A DNA stretch of 64,000 bases from Candidatus Levyibacteriota bacterium (GTDB lineage Bacteria; Patescibacteriota; Microgenomatia; Levybacterales; GWA1-39-11), in NCBI GenBank assembly GCA_039738415.1, contig JBCLLY010000001.1:53621-117620 (forward strand), in the 5' to 3' direction. This document shows positions 48,974-58,737 of the stretch, piece after piece. The notes below the pieces were generated by a model. It was not told the origin of the DNA and ran no database searches. It worked only from the letters and a program-made list of their open reading frames with translations. The translations under genes were made by a program, and so were the position numbers. Position 1 is the stretch's first letter. Every line of letters begins with the position of its first letter.

Positions 48974-49150
48974 AGTATTCAGTATTCAGTATTCAGTATT
49001 CAGTATTCAGTATTTAGTATTCAGTATCCATGATTCATTATTCATGATTCATTATTCATTATTCAGTCTTCAGTATTCATGATTCATTATTCATGATTCA
49101 TGATTCATTATTCAGTATTCATGATTCATTATTCATGATTCAGTCTTCAC
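48974..49150 (-). repeat. heptamer array ATTCAGT/ATTCATG/ATTCATT
   Basis: reverse complement of the 46570-46697 type. Confidence 0.9.
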
Positions 49151-49222
49151 CATCCACCATCTACAAGTCTCTCTTCCCTCCGCCAGCTGGCGGATTGTAG
49201 CTAGTATCAGTTATAAGTTAAT

Positions 49223-49327
49223 TTCACCGTTGTCATTCTGGAGGAAACGCAGTGACCGATAGAATCTAAAGATTCTGTAGAGATCCTGAAATAAATTCAG
49301 GATGACGAGGGGGGTTTTTAGGATGAC
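49223..49327 (+). repeat. REP-like element; inverted copy at 52489-52589
   Basis: TTCACCGTTGTCATTCTGGAGG...GATCCTGAAATAAATTCAGGATGAC. Confidence 0.8.
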
Positions 49328-49421
49328 TACATCAATTATCTATCTTCCCTCTTCCCTCTTCCCTAATACCCAATAATGTGCTTGACATTTATAGAATAAG
49401 TGTCTTTAATAATAACTAGGT

Positions 49422-50978
49422 ATGATTATTGGAAATTATTCCGTTTATAAAGCTTCTCTTATTTTTAGCTTAACAGCTGGATTTCTTTTGTTTCTTTACC
49501 TAATTACGCCCAAAGCCTACGCCGCGAATCTTCTTAATTCCAGCAATACCATTACAACCTCACGTCCTTCAGCCTCATCTCCGTTTTTCGTGAATGCCGC
49601 AACAGGTGACACACTTGCATCAATTTATAATAACGGCTCGTTTTATCTTGCTTCAGACTCCGCAAAGACTATTAAAAGCTTTACAGGAAGCTATACTGAC
49701 GTAGGAACAATTGTCGCTTCACAGTCTGCAGCTCTTACTACGGTATATTTTGGCGAGACACTCGGCGTCGCCGCATTTAAAGATGCTGACGTTCTAGTTG
49801 TACCTATATCCGCAAGACATAAAATTCAATTTACCATTCCTACTACAATTCCAAATACCGGAGATATAATAATAACTTTCCCATCGCTTGCAACTGGCGA
49901 TGCAAATAACGAAGCATCCCCTTCTGCAAGCACTTTCCAGTTCAATAATATGGATGCAAATGATGGAACGCTTATTAAAATTCTCGATGATAATACTGAC
50001 ATCACTGCAAATACAACTATCTCTGCGACTAATCCTTCAGGGGTTGGAGATGGTCCTGATATAAATATTACGATAGATACTGGAACTATCGCAGCAGGAA
50101 GCTTAGTTGAAATATTTATAGGGTGCACGACTGTTGCGGCCGGTGACTGCACAGTATCAACACCCACTCTAATAAATCCTACAAAATCTGCAGTTGCAGG
50201 AACCGCTGATGTTTGGAAAATAAATGTTCAAACAAGAGATGATAGTGATATTAACCTAGACAATGCTACGATAGCTATCGGTACGATAGACTCAGTCGCA
50301 GTTAGAGCGACTGTCGACCCCACTCTTTCATTTACCATAGTAGGACTTGCAAATGGCGACCAGGTAAATTTAGGAAATACAGATGGATGTCTGCAGGCCG
50401 AAACAACAAATACAGGGATACCCGCTACTGCTACTGAGGTAAATTTAGGTCTTCTTTTAGATCCTCCCGGAACCGATGTAAAAATAAGAAGTATCGCAGC
50501 ACAAAGGATAAATATCAGCACAAATGGTGCTGGAGGATATGCTCTAACTGCGACCAGCTCAGGCACACTGATAAATCCTTCTACCGGATTTTTCCTAGAA
50601 TCATCCACCACACCAACAGCTTTCCCTGCGGCAACTGATTGGTTCGGAATTCATGCCTGTGGACTAGACACGTATGGAGGGGGTATTTCAACCACTTTTT
50701 GGAATACTACAGCAACAAACACCGAATGTGGGACCTGCGTTACGGGCTCAGGTTCTTGTCCTGACGCAGCAGGCCCGGGTACAAATATATGTAAATATGG
50801 ATGGCCTACCCAGGCCTCAGCATTAACTCTCGCATCTGATACTACTGGGCCTATTGGAAATACCGTAGCTCTAGGAAACGGCATAATTTCTGTTGCATAC
50901 GCCGGCACTGTTGATGCTCTTATTCCTCCAGGTGAATACAGAACAGTTATTACTTATGTCGCGACACCGACGTTTTGA
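49422..50978 (+). CDS. secreted WxL/pilin-like protein, paralog C
   Basis: signal peptide; VRATVDPTLSFTI, STNGAGGY, C-terminal PGEYRTVITYVATPTF; TTGACA-N17-TTTAAT upstream. Confidence 0.8.
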   Translation: MIIGNYSVYKASLIFSLTAGFLLFLYLITPKAYAANLLNSSNTITTSRPSASSPFFVNAATGDTLASIYNNGSFYLASDSAKTIKSFTGSYTDVGTIVASQSAALTTVYFGETLGVAAFKDADVLVVPISARHKIQFTIPTTIPNTGDIIITFPSLATGDANNEASPSASTFQFNNMDANDGTLIKILDDNTDITANTTISATNPSGVGDGPDINITIDTGTIAAGSLVEIFIGCTTVAAGDCTVSTPTLINPTKSAVAGTADVWKINVQTRDDSDINLDNATIAIGTIDSVAVRATVDPTLSFTIVGLANGDQVNLGNTDGCLQAETTNTGIPATATEVNLGLLLDPPGTDVKIRSIAAQRINISTNGAGGYALTATSSGTLINPSTGFFLESSTTPTAFPAATDWFGIHACGLDTYGGGISTTFWNTTATNTECGTCVTGSGSCPDAAGPGTNICKYGWPTQASALTLASDTTGPIGNTVALGNGIISVAYAGTVDALIPPGEYRTVITYVATPTF

Positions 50979-51081
50979 GTTAGTGATTAGTGATTGATAA
51001 ATTTAATAAGTAAGTAGTATATTTAGATATACAGCACAATATAACAATAAAACAATTTAACAATATAGCAATTTAATTAAT

Positions 51082-52062
51082 ATGAAAAGGTCTGTCCAAA
51101 CGAAACACTTTCTAAAAATCAGCCTACCGGCTATTCTTATTTCTTTTTTTCTAGTCGCAATAGCACAGATTGCTCTCGCTCAAACCACTCCAACCAGAAG
51201 CATCGTAATCTCCCCGCCTACAATTGAGCATACTCTAAATCCTGGAGAAAGAGCTGAGGGGATTTTGAAGGTCACAAACAGCGGAAATACAGATCTTGCT
51301 TTCGGAGCAAATATACACGATTTTATAGTTGAGGATAAAAACGGAACACCTGTCATTCTTACTACAGATAAATTATCTGAAAAATATTCCGGCGCATCGT
51401 GGATAGCTGTTACTCCAAAAACATTTACTGTTCCCGCCGGAACAACAAAAGAGATCAACTATTATCTTCAAGTTCCCCTCGATGCTGCTCCCGGAGGACG
51501 TTATGCTGCCGCAATTTATGAACCAATTGACATAATTAGAGTCGAGGGTACCGGCGCCGGAGTTAATACACAATTAGGGTCACTTTTTTACATAACTGTC
51601 GCAGGACCGGTGACGGAAAGCGCGCAAGTCGAGCTTTTTTCAGCTCCTCCATTCTCGGAATATCCACCGGTAAAGATTTTTACAGAAATAAGCAATAACA
51701 GCGATGTGCATATAAAACCAAGTGGCAATATCGTAATTAAAAATATGTTTGGTCAGGAAATTGCCAGACAAACTTTTTCCGGAGGAAATATATTTCCAGA
51801 GGCAAATCTAAGATATACAAATGAATTCTTTTCAGACTCAAATTTTAAAATAGGCCGCTATACTGCTGAGCTTTCCGCGATATACGGACAGGATAACAAT
51901 CTACCTCTTTTTGCAACACTTAGCTTCATAATTTTCCCCTGGAAAGTCGCACTGGTACTAGTACTAATCGCGTCAATCTCAGTAGTCGCATTCTTACTAT
52001 TCAAAAGGAAGAAGAACAAAAAAGACACAAAACCATCTGAAACCCCAACGCCACGGGGATAG
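51082..52062 (+). CDS. DUF916/DUF3324-like protein
   Basis: ISPPT...PG, VPLDAAPGGRYAA, NNSDVHIKPSG, NIFP, GRYTA, C-terminal TM. Confidence 0.78.
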   Translation: MKRSVQTKHFLKISLPAILISFFLVAIAQIALAQTTPTRSIVISPPTIEHTLNPGERAEGILKVTNSGNTDLAFGANIHDFIVEDKNGTPVILTTDKLSEKYSGASWIAVTPKTFTVPAGTTKEINYYLQVPLDAAPGGRYAAAIYEPIDIIRVEGTGAGVNTQLGSLFYITVAGPVTESAQVELFSAPPFSEYPPVKIFTEISNNSDVHIKPSGNIVIKNMFGQEIARQTFSGGNIFPEANLRYTNEFFSDSNFKIGRYTAELSAIYGQDNNLPLFATLSFIIFPWKVALVLVLIASISVVAFLLFKRKKNKKDTKPSETPTPRG

Positions 52063-52066
52063 GTAA

Positions 52067-52328
52067 GTATTCAGTATTCAGTATTCAGTATTCAGTATTC
52101 ATGATTCAGTATTCATGATTCATTATTCAGTCTTAAGTATTCAGTATTCAGTATTCAGTCATCAGTCTTCAGTCTTCAGTATTCATGATTCATGATTCAT
52201 GATTCAGTCTTCAGTATTCATGATTCATGATTCATGATTCAGTCTTCAGTATTCATGATTCATTATTCATGATTCATTATTCATTATTCATGATTCATTA
52301 TTCAGTATTGAGTCTTAAGGGTATTCAG
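52067..52328 (-). repeat. long heptamer array ATTCAGT/ATTCATG/ATTCATT/CTTCAGT
   Basis: about 37 degenerate 7-bp units directly after the stop of 51082-52062. Confidence 0.92.
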
Positions 52329-52448
52329 AAGTTAAGCAAACAATTTTCAATTTGAAATTTAAAATTTTAAATCAATTTAAAATGCTTAAAAATTAAAATA
52401 AAACTGTCATTGTGAGTGTTTCCCTTGTCATGCTAGAACTATTTATAA

Positions 52449-52589
52449 GTCATCCTGAACCCCCCCCGTCATCCTGAAAACTCCTCTCGTCATCCTGAAC
52501 CCCCCCCGTCATCCTGAATTTATTTCAGGATCTCTACAGAATTTTTAGATTCTATCGGCTCTTCGAGCCTCCAGAATGACAACGGTGAA
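52449..52589 (-). repeat. REP-like element with four tandem GTCATCCTGAA ends
   Basis: GTCATCCTGAA at 52449, 52468, 52489 and 52508. Confidence 0.8.
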
Positions 52590-52683
52590 GTCGTCAGCTA
52601 AAAATTATTTGACAATGTTCACTATTTATGCGCAAAATAAGTCAGGCCTTCCGCCAACTGGCGGATTTAGGTTTTATTTTTAT

Positions 52684-54177
52684 ATGCACCAAAAGATCTT
52701 ATTTAAATTTTTTCTAAGCTTATCAGGCTTTATAGCTTTATTTTTGGCAAATAACGAGGTCTACGCCGCGGATTTGGTAAATGCCAGCAATACCATCACA
52801 ACCTCACGTCCTTCAGCCTCATCTCCGTTCTTAGCAGACGCTGCCTCCGGTGATACACTTGCGTCAATATTTAATAACGGCTCTTTTTATCTTGCTTCAG
52901 ACTCCGCTCAAACCCGTCAAGGAGGTACTGGTACGCTTATGGATACTGGCACCATAATCTCTTCCCAGTCTGCAGCACTCACTACAGTGTATTTTGGGGA
53001 ACAGCTAGGCGTCGCAGCGGGCGCAAATGCAGATGTCCTAATCGTACCAATTACGGCAATGCATAGAATCCGATTTACTATTCCTACCGAAATTCCAGCT
53101 AACGGAGATATTGTTATTACTTTCCCATCGCTTGCCACGGGCGATGCAAATAACGAAGCATCCCCTTCTGCAAGCACTTTCCAGTTCAATAATATGGATG
53201 CAAATGATGGAACCCTAATACAAATCGTTGATGATGGAACAAATATAGATGCCTCGACAACACCTACCGCAACTAACTCTACAGGGGATGGAGATGGTCC
53301 TGATATACATATTGCAACTACATCAATTATTGCGGCAGGGAGCGTTGTTGATATATATATCGGATGCTCAGCTGCAATTACTTCCTGCTCTGCGCAAGTC
53401 CCCACTCTAATAAATCCTACAAAAACAGCAGTCGCGGGAACCGCTAATGTTTGGAAAATAAATGTTCAAACAAGAGATGCTACCGACGTTAACCTAGATA
53501 ATGCAACAATAGCTGTCGGTACGATAGACTCAGTCGCAGTTAGAGCGACTGTCGACCCCACTCTTTCATTTACAATTACCGGAGTAAATAACGGACTGGC
53601 GGTAAATACCGGAAATACAACAGGATGTTTGCAAACAGAAACAACAAACGCGGGCGCGGCTTCCACTTCAACCGAGGTAAATCTGGGGCTTCTTGCCAAC
53701 GCTCCATCCGGAACAGATGTCAAGGTAGGAAATATAGCAACACAAAGGATAAATATCAGCACAAATGGAGCTGGAGGATATGTTCTAACTGCAACTTCTT
53801 CCGGTCAGCTTATAAATCCTGCAACCGGATTTTTCCTAGCTTCAGCAACAACTCCTACTGCTTTTCCTGCAAGCGGAGCTGATTGGTTTGGAATTCACGC
53901 ATGCGGATTGGACGTGACAACCGCTACGTGGAACTCTACTGCAAGCACTGCATGCAATACTTATATTTCAGGCTCAACAGATCCTATTTGCCTTTATGGT
54001 TGGCCTACCCAAACAACCGCAGTTACGCTTGCTTCAGACGCCACAGGACCGGTGGGAAATTCTCTCACTGCCGGAAATGGAGTTGTCTCTGTTGCTTACG
54101 CAGCTGCAACTGACGCTGGCGTACCCCCTGGAGAATACAGGACTGTTATAACTTACGTTGCAACGCCGGCATTCTAG
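52684..54177 (+). CDS. secreted WxL/pilin-like protein, paralog D
   Basis: close paralog of 49422-50978; start at MHQKILF; ends PGEYRTVITYVATPAF. Confidence 0.8.
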   Translation: MHQKILFKFFLSLSGFIALFLANNEVYAADLVNASNTITTSRPSASSPFLADAASGDTLASIFNNGSFYLASDSAQTRQGGTGTLMDTGTIISSQSAALTTVYFGEQLGVAAGANADVLIVPITAMHRIRFTIPTEIPANGDIVITFPSLATGDANNEASPSASTFQFNNMDANDGTLIQIVDDGTNIDASTTPTATNSTGDGDGPDIHIATTSIIAAGSVVDIYIGCSAAITSCSAQVPTLINPTKTAVAGTANVWKINVQTRDATDVNLDNATIAVGTIDSVAVRATVDPTLSFTITGVNNGLAVNTGNTTGCLQTETTNAGAASTSTEVNLGLLANAPSGTDVKVGNIATQRINISTNGAGGYVLTATSSGQLINPATGFFLASATTPTAFPASGADWFGIHACGLDVTTATWNSTASTACNTYISGSTDPICLYGWPTQTTAVTLASDATGPVGNSLTAGNGVVSVAYAAATDAGVPPGEYRTVITYVATPAF

Positions 54178-54179
54178 AA

Positions 54180-54268
54180 GAGTTCAAAATTCAAAATGAA
54201 AAGTTCAAAATTGCAACTCAAAATTTAAAATTAACTTTTGACTTTGCACTTTTAACTTTGAACTTTTA
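54180..54268. repeat. abutting inverted heptamer arrays (TTCAAAA / ACTTTTR)
   Basis: A-rich 7-mers followed directly by complementary T-rich 7-mers between convergent genes. Confidence 0.7.
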
Positions 54269-55987
54269 ATTGAGGTAATCTCGACTATTCATGCTATTTT
54301 CCGCTTGAATATCCTGCTTTTCCCGCACTCCTATCATAGGAATTTCAAATGTAACCTTTGTCCCGCGCCCCTGTTCTGATTCAAGGCTGATTTTACCACC
54401 GTGCGCCTCAACTATCGCCTTCGAGATATACAAACCTAACCCCGTTCCGCCCCCTCTATACTCAGAGCTTGTTTGATAAAATTTGGTAAATAATTTATCT
54501 TGAAGCGGTTTGGAAATTCCAACGCCATTATCCTCAACACAAACCCGGACGTTTTTACCCTCAACTAGGGTTGAAACTTTAATATTTCCGCCGTCATGAT
54601 TATATTTAATAGCATTTGACAGCAAATTATTCAAAACTTGCCCCATTCTAAGCGAATCTAAGGAAAAGACGGGCACATCCCCATCTTTTTCAAAAACCAA
54701 GCTTATATGGCGCTTTTCTGACAGAATTTTAAACATTTTAACGCGTTCCTCGATGATACTTATGATATCCGAAGGTTTCATTTCCGTTTGAAAACTCCCA
54801 CTCTGAATTCTGGCAGCATCAAGCAGCTGATTTACATCATTTAGCATACGCTCGGATGAAACCAGAATCGTCTCCATCATTTTTACTCTGTCCTCATTGT
54901 CAAGCTTATTTGAGCGCAGCAGTTCTGCACTTCCCCTAATTGAACTCAAAGGGGCTCTAAGCTCATGAACGACCATATTTGTGAAATTCTCCCTGAGGCG
55001 TTCTGCCTCATACTCCATCGTCACGTCTTGAATGGTGACTGCTACCCCAATTACGTTCAGAGTTGCGTTATCAAAAACAGGGTTAATGTATAGGTTAAAC
55101 CTCTTTTCGTATAACTCAATACCCCTAAACAGCTTCATTTGCTTCTTCTCCATTACGGCTCTTACCTCAGCAACCATATTACCCTCAAACTTAAATTGTG
55201 AAAGCACTATTTGAGCGTCCAGCGGACCATCCAGATGCAAAAAGGCTCTTGCCGCGTTATTTAGAGTTACTAACTTCAAATCTCCCTCTTTTTCTCTCAT
55301 AAAAAGTAAGGCTCCTGAAGAGAGAGAGAAAATAAGCGACTGAATTTTTCCCTTTTCGGTTTCTATAACATTTTCAAGCCGTCCTATCGCAAGTTGGCTC
55401 TGATTTACAATTTTATAAAGCAAACTCATATCTTTGTCCTGATAGACTTTTTCTTTTGGTGAGGTGATGGAAATAATTCCGACGAATTTGTTATTTAAAA
55501 CTAAAGGAATATTAAAATATGACTTGGGGACTATATCAGAAGATATATCATTATCAACCTCTGCATCTTTTTCTTCGAAAATTTGAGGTGGAATTTGGGT
55601 AATACTAAAGTGTTTTAGGCTGTCATCCAGCGCATACATAGAGTTAAGAACGATATTTTTTACCTCCTGCTGATATTTTTCAGATGCTACGCCGTAAATG
55701 AAGCTCTCAAATATCACTTGCGCGTCCTCTACTACAGCGTATGAAGCAGTCTTAAGTGGAAAAAGGCGCTTGGCGGTAAGTGCTATTGTCTTTGCAATAT
55801 CGCGGGTCTTAAGACTATATCCGATTTTATCATTTACCTCACGCAGTATATTTAACTCATAAAGCTGGCGCCCTAACTCTGCCTGCGTTTCTTTAAGTTT
55901 TTTGCGGTTTACCTCCCAGAGGAAAGAAAAAACTATAGCAAGTGAACCAAATAGAATAAGCGAAAGAAATAATAAAAGAATAAGCAT
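54266..55987 (-). CDS. GAF/PAS sensor histidine kinase
   Basis: VHELRAPL H-box, NLLSNAIKY, VEDNGVGI, GGTGLGL. Confidence 0.95.
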   Translation of the reverse strand: MLILLLFLSLILFGSLAIVFSFLWEVNRKKLKETQAELGRQLYELNILREVNDKIGYSLKTRDIAKTIALTAKRLFPLKTASYAVVEDAQVIFESFIYGVASEKYQQEVKNIVLNSMYALDDSLKHFSITQIPPQIFEEKDAEVDNDISSDIVPKSYFNIPLVLNNKFVGIISITSPKEKVYQDKDMSLLYKIVNQSQLAIGRLENVIETEKGKIQSLIFSLSSGALLFMREKEGDLKLVTLNNAARAFLHLDGPLDAQIVLSQFKFEGNMVAEVRAVMEKKQMKLFRGIELYEKRFNLYINPVFDNATLNVIGVAVTIQDVTMEYEAERLRENFTNMVVHELRAPLSSIRGSAELLRSNKLDNEDRVKMMETILVSSERMLNDVNQLLDAARIQSGSFQTEMKPSDIISIIEERVKMFKILSEKRHISLVFEKDGDVPVFSLDSLRMGQVLNNLLSNAIKYNHDGGNIKVSTLVEGKNVRVCVEDNGVGISKPLQDKLFTKFYQTSSEYRGGGTGLGLYISKAIVEAHGGKISLESEQGRGTKVTFEIPMIGVREKQDIQAENSMNSRDYLN

Positions 55988-56099
55988 ACATTAGGTTAGC
56001 ACCTAATAGTATTTAGTATCAAGTATGGGGATATGGAGCCGCTTTGATAAGACTTTATACTACTTGATTTATTTCAATACATTGATACAATTGTATTGT

Positions 56100-56336
56100 A
56101 TGAGTAACTATGTAGTAACCAATATTAGACTTGCCGAAGAGGACTATTTGAGACTAAAGGAGGAAGCGGCAAGAGGAAGAAAAAGTTTTTCAGCTGTTAT
56201 CAGAGAGAAAATATCGATTAGAAAAGCCGATGATAACTATGCAGCAAAACTGTTGTCTGTAAGTGGTAATTGGTTTGATAAGTCTGAATATGATGCAAAT
56301 AGAACAGAACTTGATAAAAGGCTATCCTTTTCATGA
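56100..56336 (+). CDS. probable antitoxin (RHH/CopG-like)
   Basis: TNIRL..EDY..LK..A...KSFSAVIRE; ATGA overlap with the PIN gene. Confidence 0.75.
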   Translation: MSNYVVTNIRLAEEDYLRLKEEAARGRKSFSAVIREKISIRKADDNYAAKLLSVSGNWFDKSEYDANRTELDKRLSFS

Positions 56337-56725
56337 AAAAAATACTGCTCGATACTTCAATCATCATAGATTTTCTCAGAAGAAAAGATAAAGAACATAG
56401 TCTTTTTTATGCTTTTGCAAAAATTAACACTCAATTTTATACTTCAATTATTACTCATTCAGAACTATATGCAGGTAAAAGTGTATGGACTGATACACAA
56501 GCACCAAAAGATCTTGAGTCTATATTTTCAGGGATTGAGCTGCTCCCTTTGCAGGAAAAAGTTTCAAAAAAAGCAGGTGAAATAAAAGCTACCACTGGTC
56601 TTGATCTCATTGATTCAATTATTGCAGCTACTGCAATAACAGCAAGTCTTCCTCTTCTTACCCTAAACATTAAGGATTTTAGAAAGGTTAAAGAACTTAT
56701 ACTTGAACTTCACCCAACTCTGTAA
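56333..56725 (+). CDS. vapC: VapC-family PIN domain toxin
   Basis: LLDTSIIIDFLR, SELYAG, DSIIAATA, LTLNIKDF. Confidence 0.9.
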   Translation: MKKILLDTSIIIDFLRRKDKEHSLFYAFAKINTQFYTSIITHSELYAGKSVWTDTQAPKDLESIFSGIELLPLQEKVSKKAGEIKATTGLDLIDSIIAATAITASLPLLTLNIKDFRKVKELILELHPTL

Positions 56726-57026
56726 TCATAAAACCAAAAAAACTCATGGCAAACGGAGTCGAAGAAATCTTCATTTTTCGAGGAAAGTCCGATAACTATT
56801 TCATAATGTCATTCTGGCGTAGACCAGAATCTATTTCCAAAACTGAACTCTATTCCCTTTTACTTATTCTCTATTACCTATCTGGGGTGTGGTGCCCCCG
56901 CCTTGTCCTTTCGGACGCGGCGGGGACGGATTTGAAAACGTGCCCTCCTTCGTCCCGCTAAGCGGGACTATGGCGGGCTAAGCAGGTCATGCGGCATTTG
57001 CCCCGCTTTCCGAGGCGTGCTTGGCT

Positions 57027-57242
57027 CTATAACGAGCCGGATGCTTTGGATCCGAACTGCTCAACCTGAACTTTTCCATACTCGCGAAGGTGTCTTGGCT
57101 TGAGTTTGCCTTTTTCAAGCAATATAGCAAGCTTTTTCAAGTCCCTTCTGAGCTGAAACGGACAAGTTCCGGATGCCCGCGTAGGGAGTTCACCAGGGCG
57201 GACTTCCAACGATTGAACCACAGAAGTTTTCTGGGCGTTCAT
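57027..57242 (-). CDS. small hypothetical protein
   Basis: strong SD AAGGAGG 7 nt before ATG. Confidence 0.6.
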   Translation of the reverse strand: MNAQKTSVVQSLEVRPGELPTRASGTCPFQLRRDLKKLAILLEKGKLKPRHLREYGKVQVEQFGSKASGSL

Positions 57243-57361
57243 GGTATTTCCTCCTTCTAGCCTTTCCAGGCACTTGTACCCTTCGGCGAGCCTCAGGGTT
57301 TGGGTGTGAATCTAGGCTTTTTAGGGGTTCAACCCATAATAGGGGTTGAACCCCTATATTG

Positions 57362-57661
57362 TCACCGCTGATCTAGTGGGGCAGCGTAACCTCTCAAGTC
57401 GGCACCATCTATAAAGATGCTTTCAAGATTAAGCCTTGCTTTTAAAAGCCGCTCACGGACTTCATCGGAATTATCCTTTTCGGAGGCAGCAAGCGCAGCC
57501 AAATACCCGATAATGGCCTTCTGAAGCTTGCGCTTCTCTGCTTTTGCTTTCACTGCTTGATACAACCGAAAATTCGGCAAAACCTCACCAAGATCGATAC
57601 GCGCTAGGAGTTGTCGGCGAATCTCCTCACGATATTCTTCAGATGACTTACTGGTTGCCAT
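57362..57661 (-). CDS. small hypothetical protein
   Basis: SD AAGGGAG before ATG; helical. Confidence 0.6.
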   Translation of the reverse strand: MATSKSSEEYREEIRRQLLARIDLGEVLPNFRLYQAVKAKAEKRKLQKAIIGYLAALAASEKDNSDEVRERLLKARLNLESIFIDGADLRGYAAPLDQR

Positions 57662-57768
57662 TGGATCTCCCTTTCTTGCCCCGCTTTCCGGGGCGTGCTT
57701 GTATCCTTCATTGAGCTCAGGATTTGGGCGTGAACTTCGAAAGTGTTGGCAGGGTTCAACCCTGTCAC

Positions 57769-57912
57769 TTATGGAGTGGGTTCGCTCTTTTGAAGCTTTT
57801 GCTTGATGTTATCGATAACCATGCTTCCCACTATGGGAATACACGCTATGAAAACGGTAAGGACTGCTCCGAGAAAAAGGAAAGCTCCCCCTACCTTGCG
57901 AACGATTTGCAC
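57769..57912 (-). CDS. 47-aa single-TM protein (below the ORF-track cutoff)
   Basis: GAGGAGG then GTG: MQIVRKVGGAFLFLGAVLTVFIACIPIVGSMVIDNIKQKLQKSEPTP. Confidence 0.55.
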   Translation of the reverse strand: MQIVRKVGGAFLFLGAVLTVFIACIPIVGSMVIDNIKQKLQKSEPTP

Positions 57913-58051
57913 CTACGCCTCCTCATGTGTGATTGCGGTTTTACCCGAAATTGTGAAGTTAAAAATTACTAGTTACTAGAATCCAGTTACTAGTCTGACC
58001 TGCGTATTTTCAAGGAGCTTCACTTCTTTCGAAGTGACGCAGACCCGTCAA

Positions 58052-58226
58052 AATCGCTCTTTAAGGCGTGTATGAATAATACCTGAAGCCTTCAAGTAAG
58101 ATATGTCGGGTCAATGTGCTGCCTAGCGCAGCCAACAGAAACGCAAGCAATCCGCCGATGAGGCGGAGCGAAGTTGACCGCCTAAGCGATTACGCAAATT
58201 ATACTCCCGGAAAGCAATAAATTCAA
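58052..58226 (-). promoter_or_regulatory. promoter and structured 5' leader
   Basis: TTGAAT-N17-TATAAT (58226-58198); AATCGCTTAGGCG can pair with CGCCTTAAAGAGCGATT about 140 nt downstream. Confidence 0.5.
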
Positions 58227-58256
58227 ACTATGGGTTAAGTTTATGCTAGAGGCTAG

Positions 58257-58378
58257 ATACTGAATACTGGATACTGAATAATGAATAATGAATAATGAAT
58301 AATGGATACTGAATAATGAATAATGAATACTGAATACTGAATACTGAATACTCTATACTGAATAATGAATACTAGATA
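58257..58378 (+). repeat. heptamer array TGAATAA/TGAATAC
   Basis: about 17 units directly after the stop of the minus-strand gene ending at 58379. Confidence 0.9.
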
Positions 58379-58732
58379 CTACTTTGTGAGGTTTTCGAGT
58401 CTGTCAGCGGTTCTTTTACTTCCAATTACGATTATATATGTTCCTATCACAAAACAGCTTCCTTTTATCAAAAATACGCCAACTGAAGCTAAATCTGTGT
58501 AGGAAATCTGAAGATAAGTGTTAACTGCGTCTATTATTATGCCTAATGCGAGGAATAATACTCCCGTTCCGATTGTTTTAAATCCATGCGCGAGTATCCC
58601 GCTTCCGAATTTTTTCGTTACCTGATACATGATAACTGAGGCTGTAACTGCGGCAAACGCAGCGATAAATGACACTCCCTGAACGAGAATTGTTAAAAAT
58701 TGAAGATTTTGTAATATTTCCATGGGCAGCAT
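58379..58732 (-). CDS. small three-TM membrane protein
   Basis: hydrophobic helices, KFGSGILA; co-oriented with the response regulator. Confidence 0.75.
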   Translation of the reverse strand: MLPMEILQNLQFLTILVQGVSFIAAFAAVTASVIMYQVTKKFGSGILAHGFKTIGTGVLFLALGIIIDAVNTYLQISYTDLASVGVFLIKGSCFVIGTYIIVIGSKRTADRLENLTK

Positions 58733-58737
58733 AAATT

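Noticed and set aside
48974-52328. Heptamer arrays and 126-bp coding repeats as possible CRISPR arrays
   Set aside because: No unique spacers between constant repeats, and no cas genes.
52576-52683. N-terminal extensions in the ORF track (also 18161-18235, 22385-22414, 16249-16284)
   Set aside because: They run through promoter, palindrome or ghost-tRNA sequence; downstream ATGs fit signal peptides or domain starts better.
22761-54113. Many antisense or alternative-frame ORFs over Thr/Gly-rich genes
   Set aside because: Shadow frames of biased codon usage, with no independent signals.
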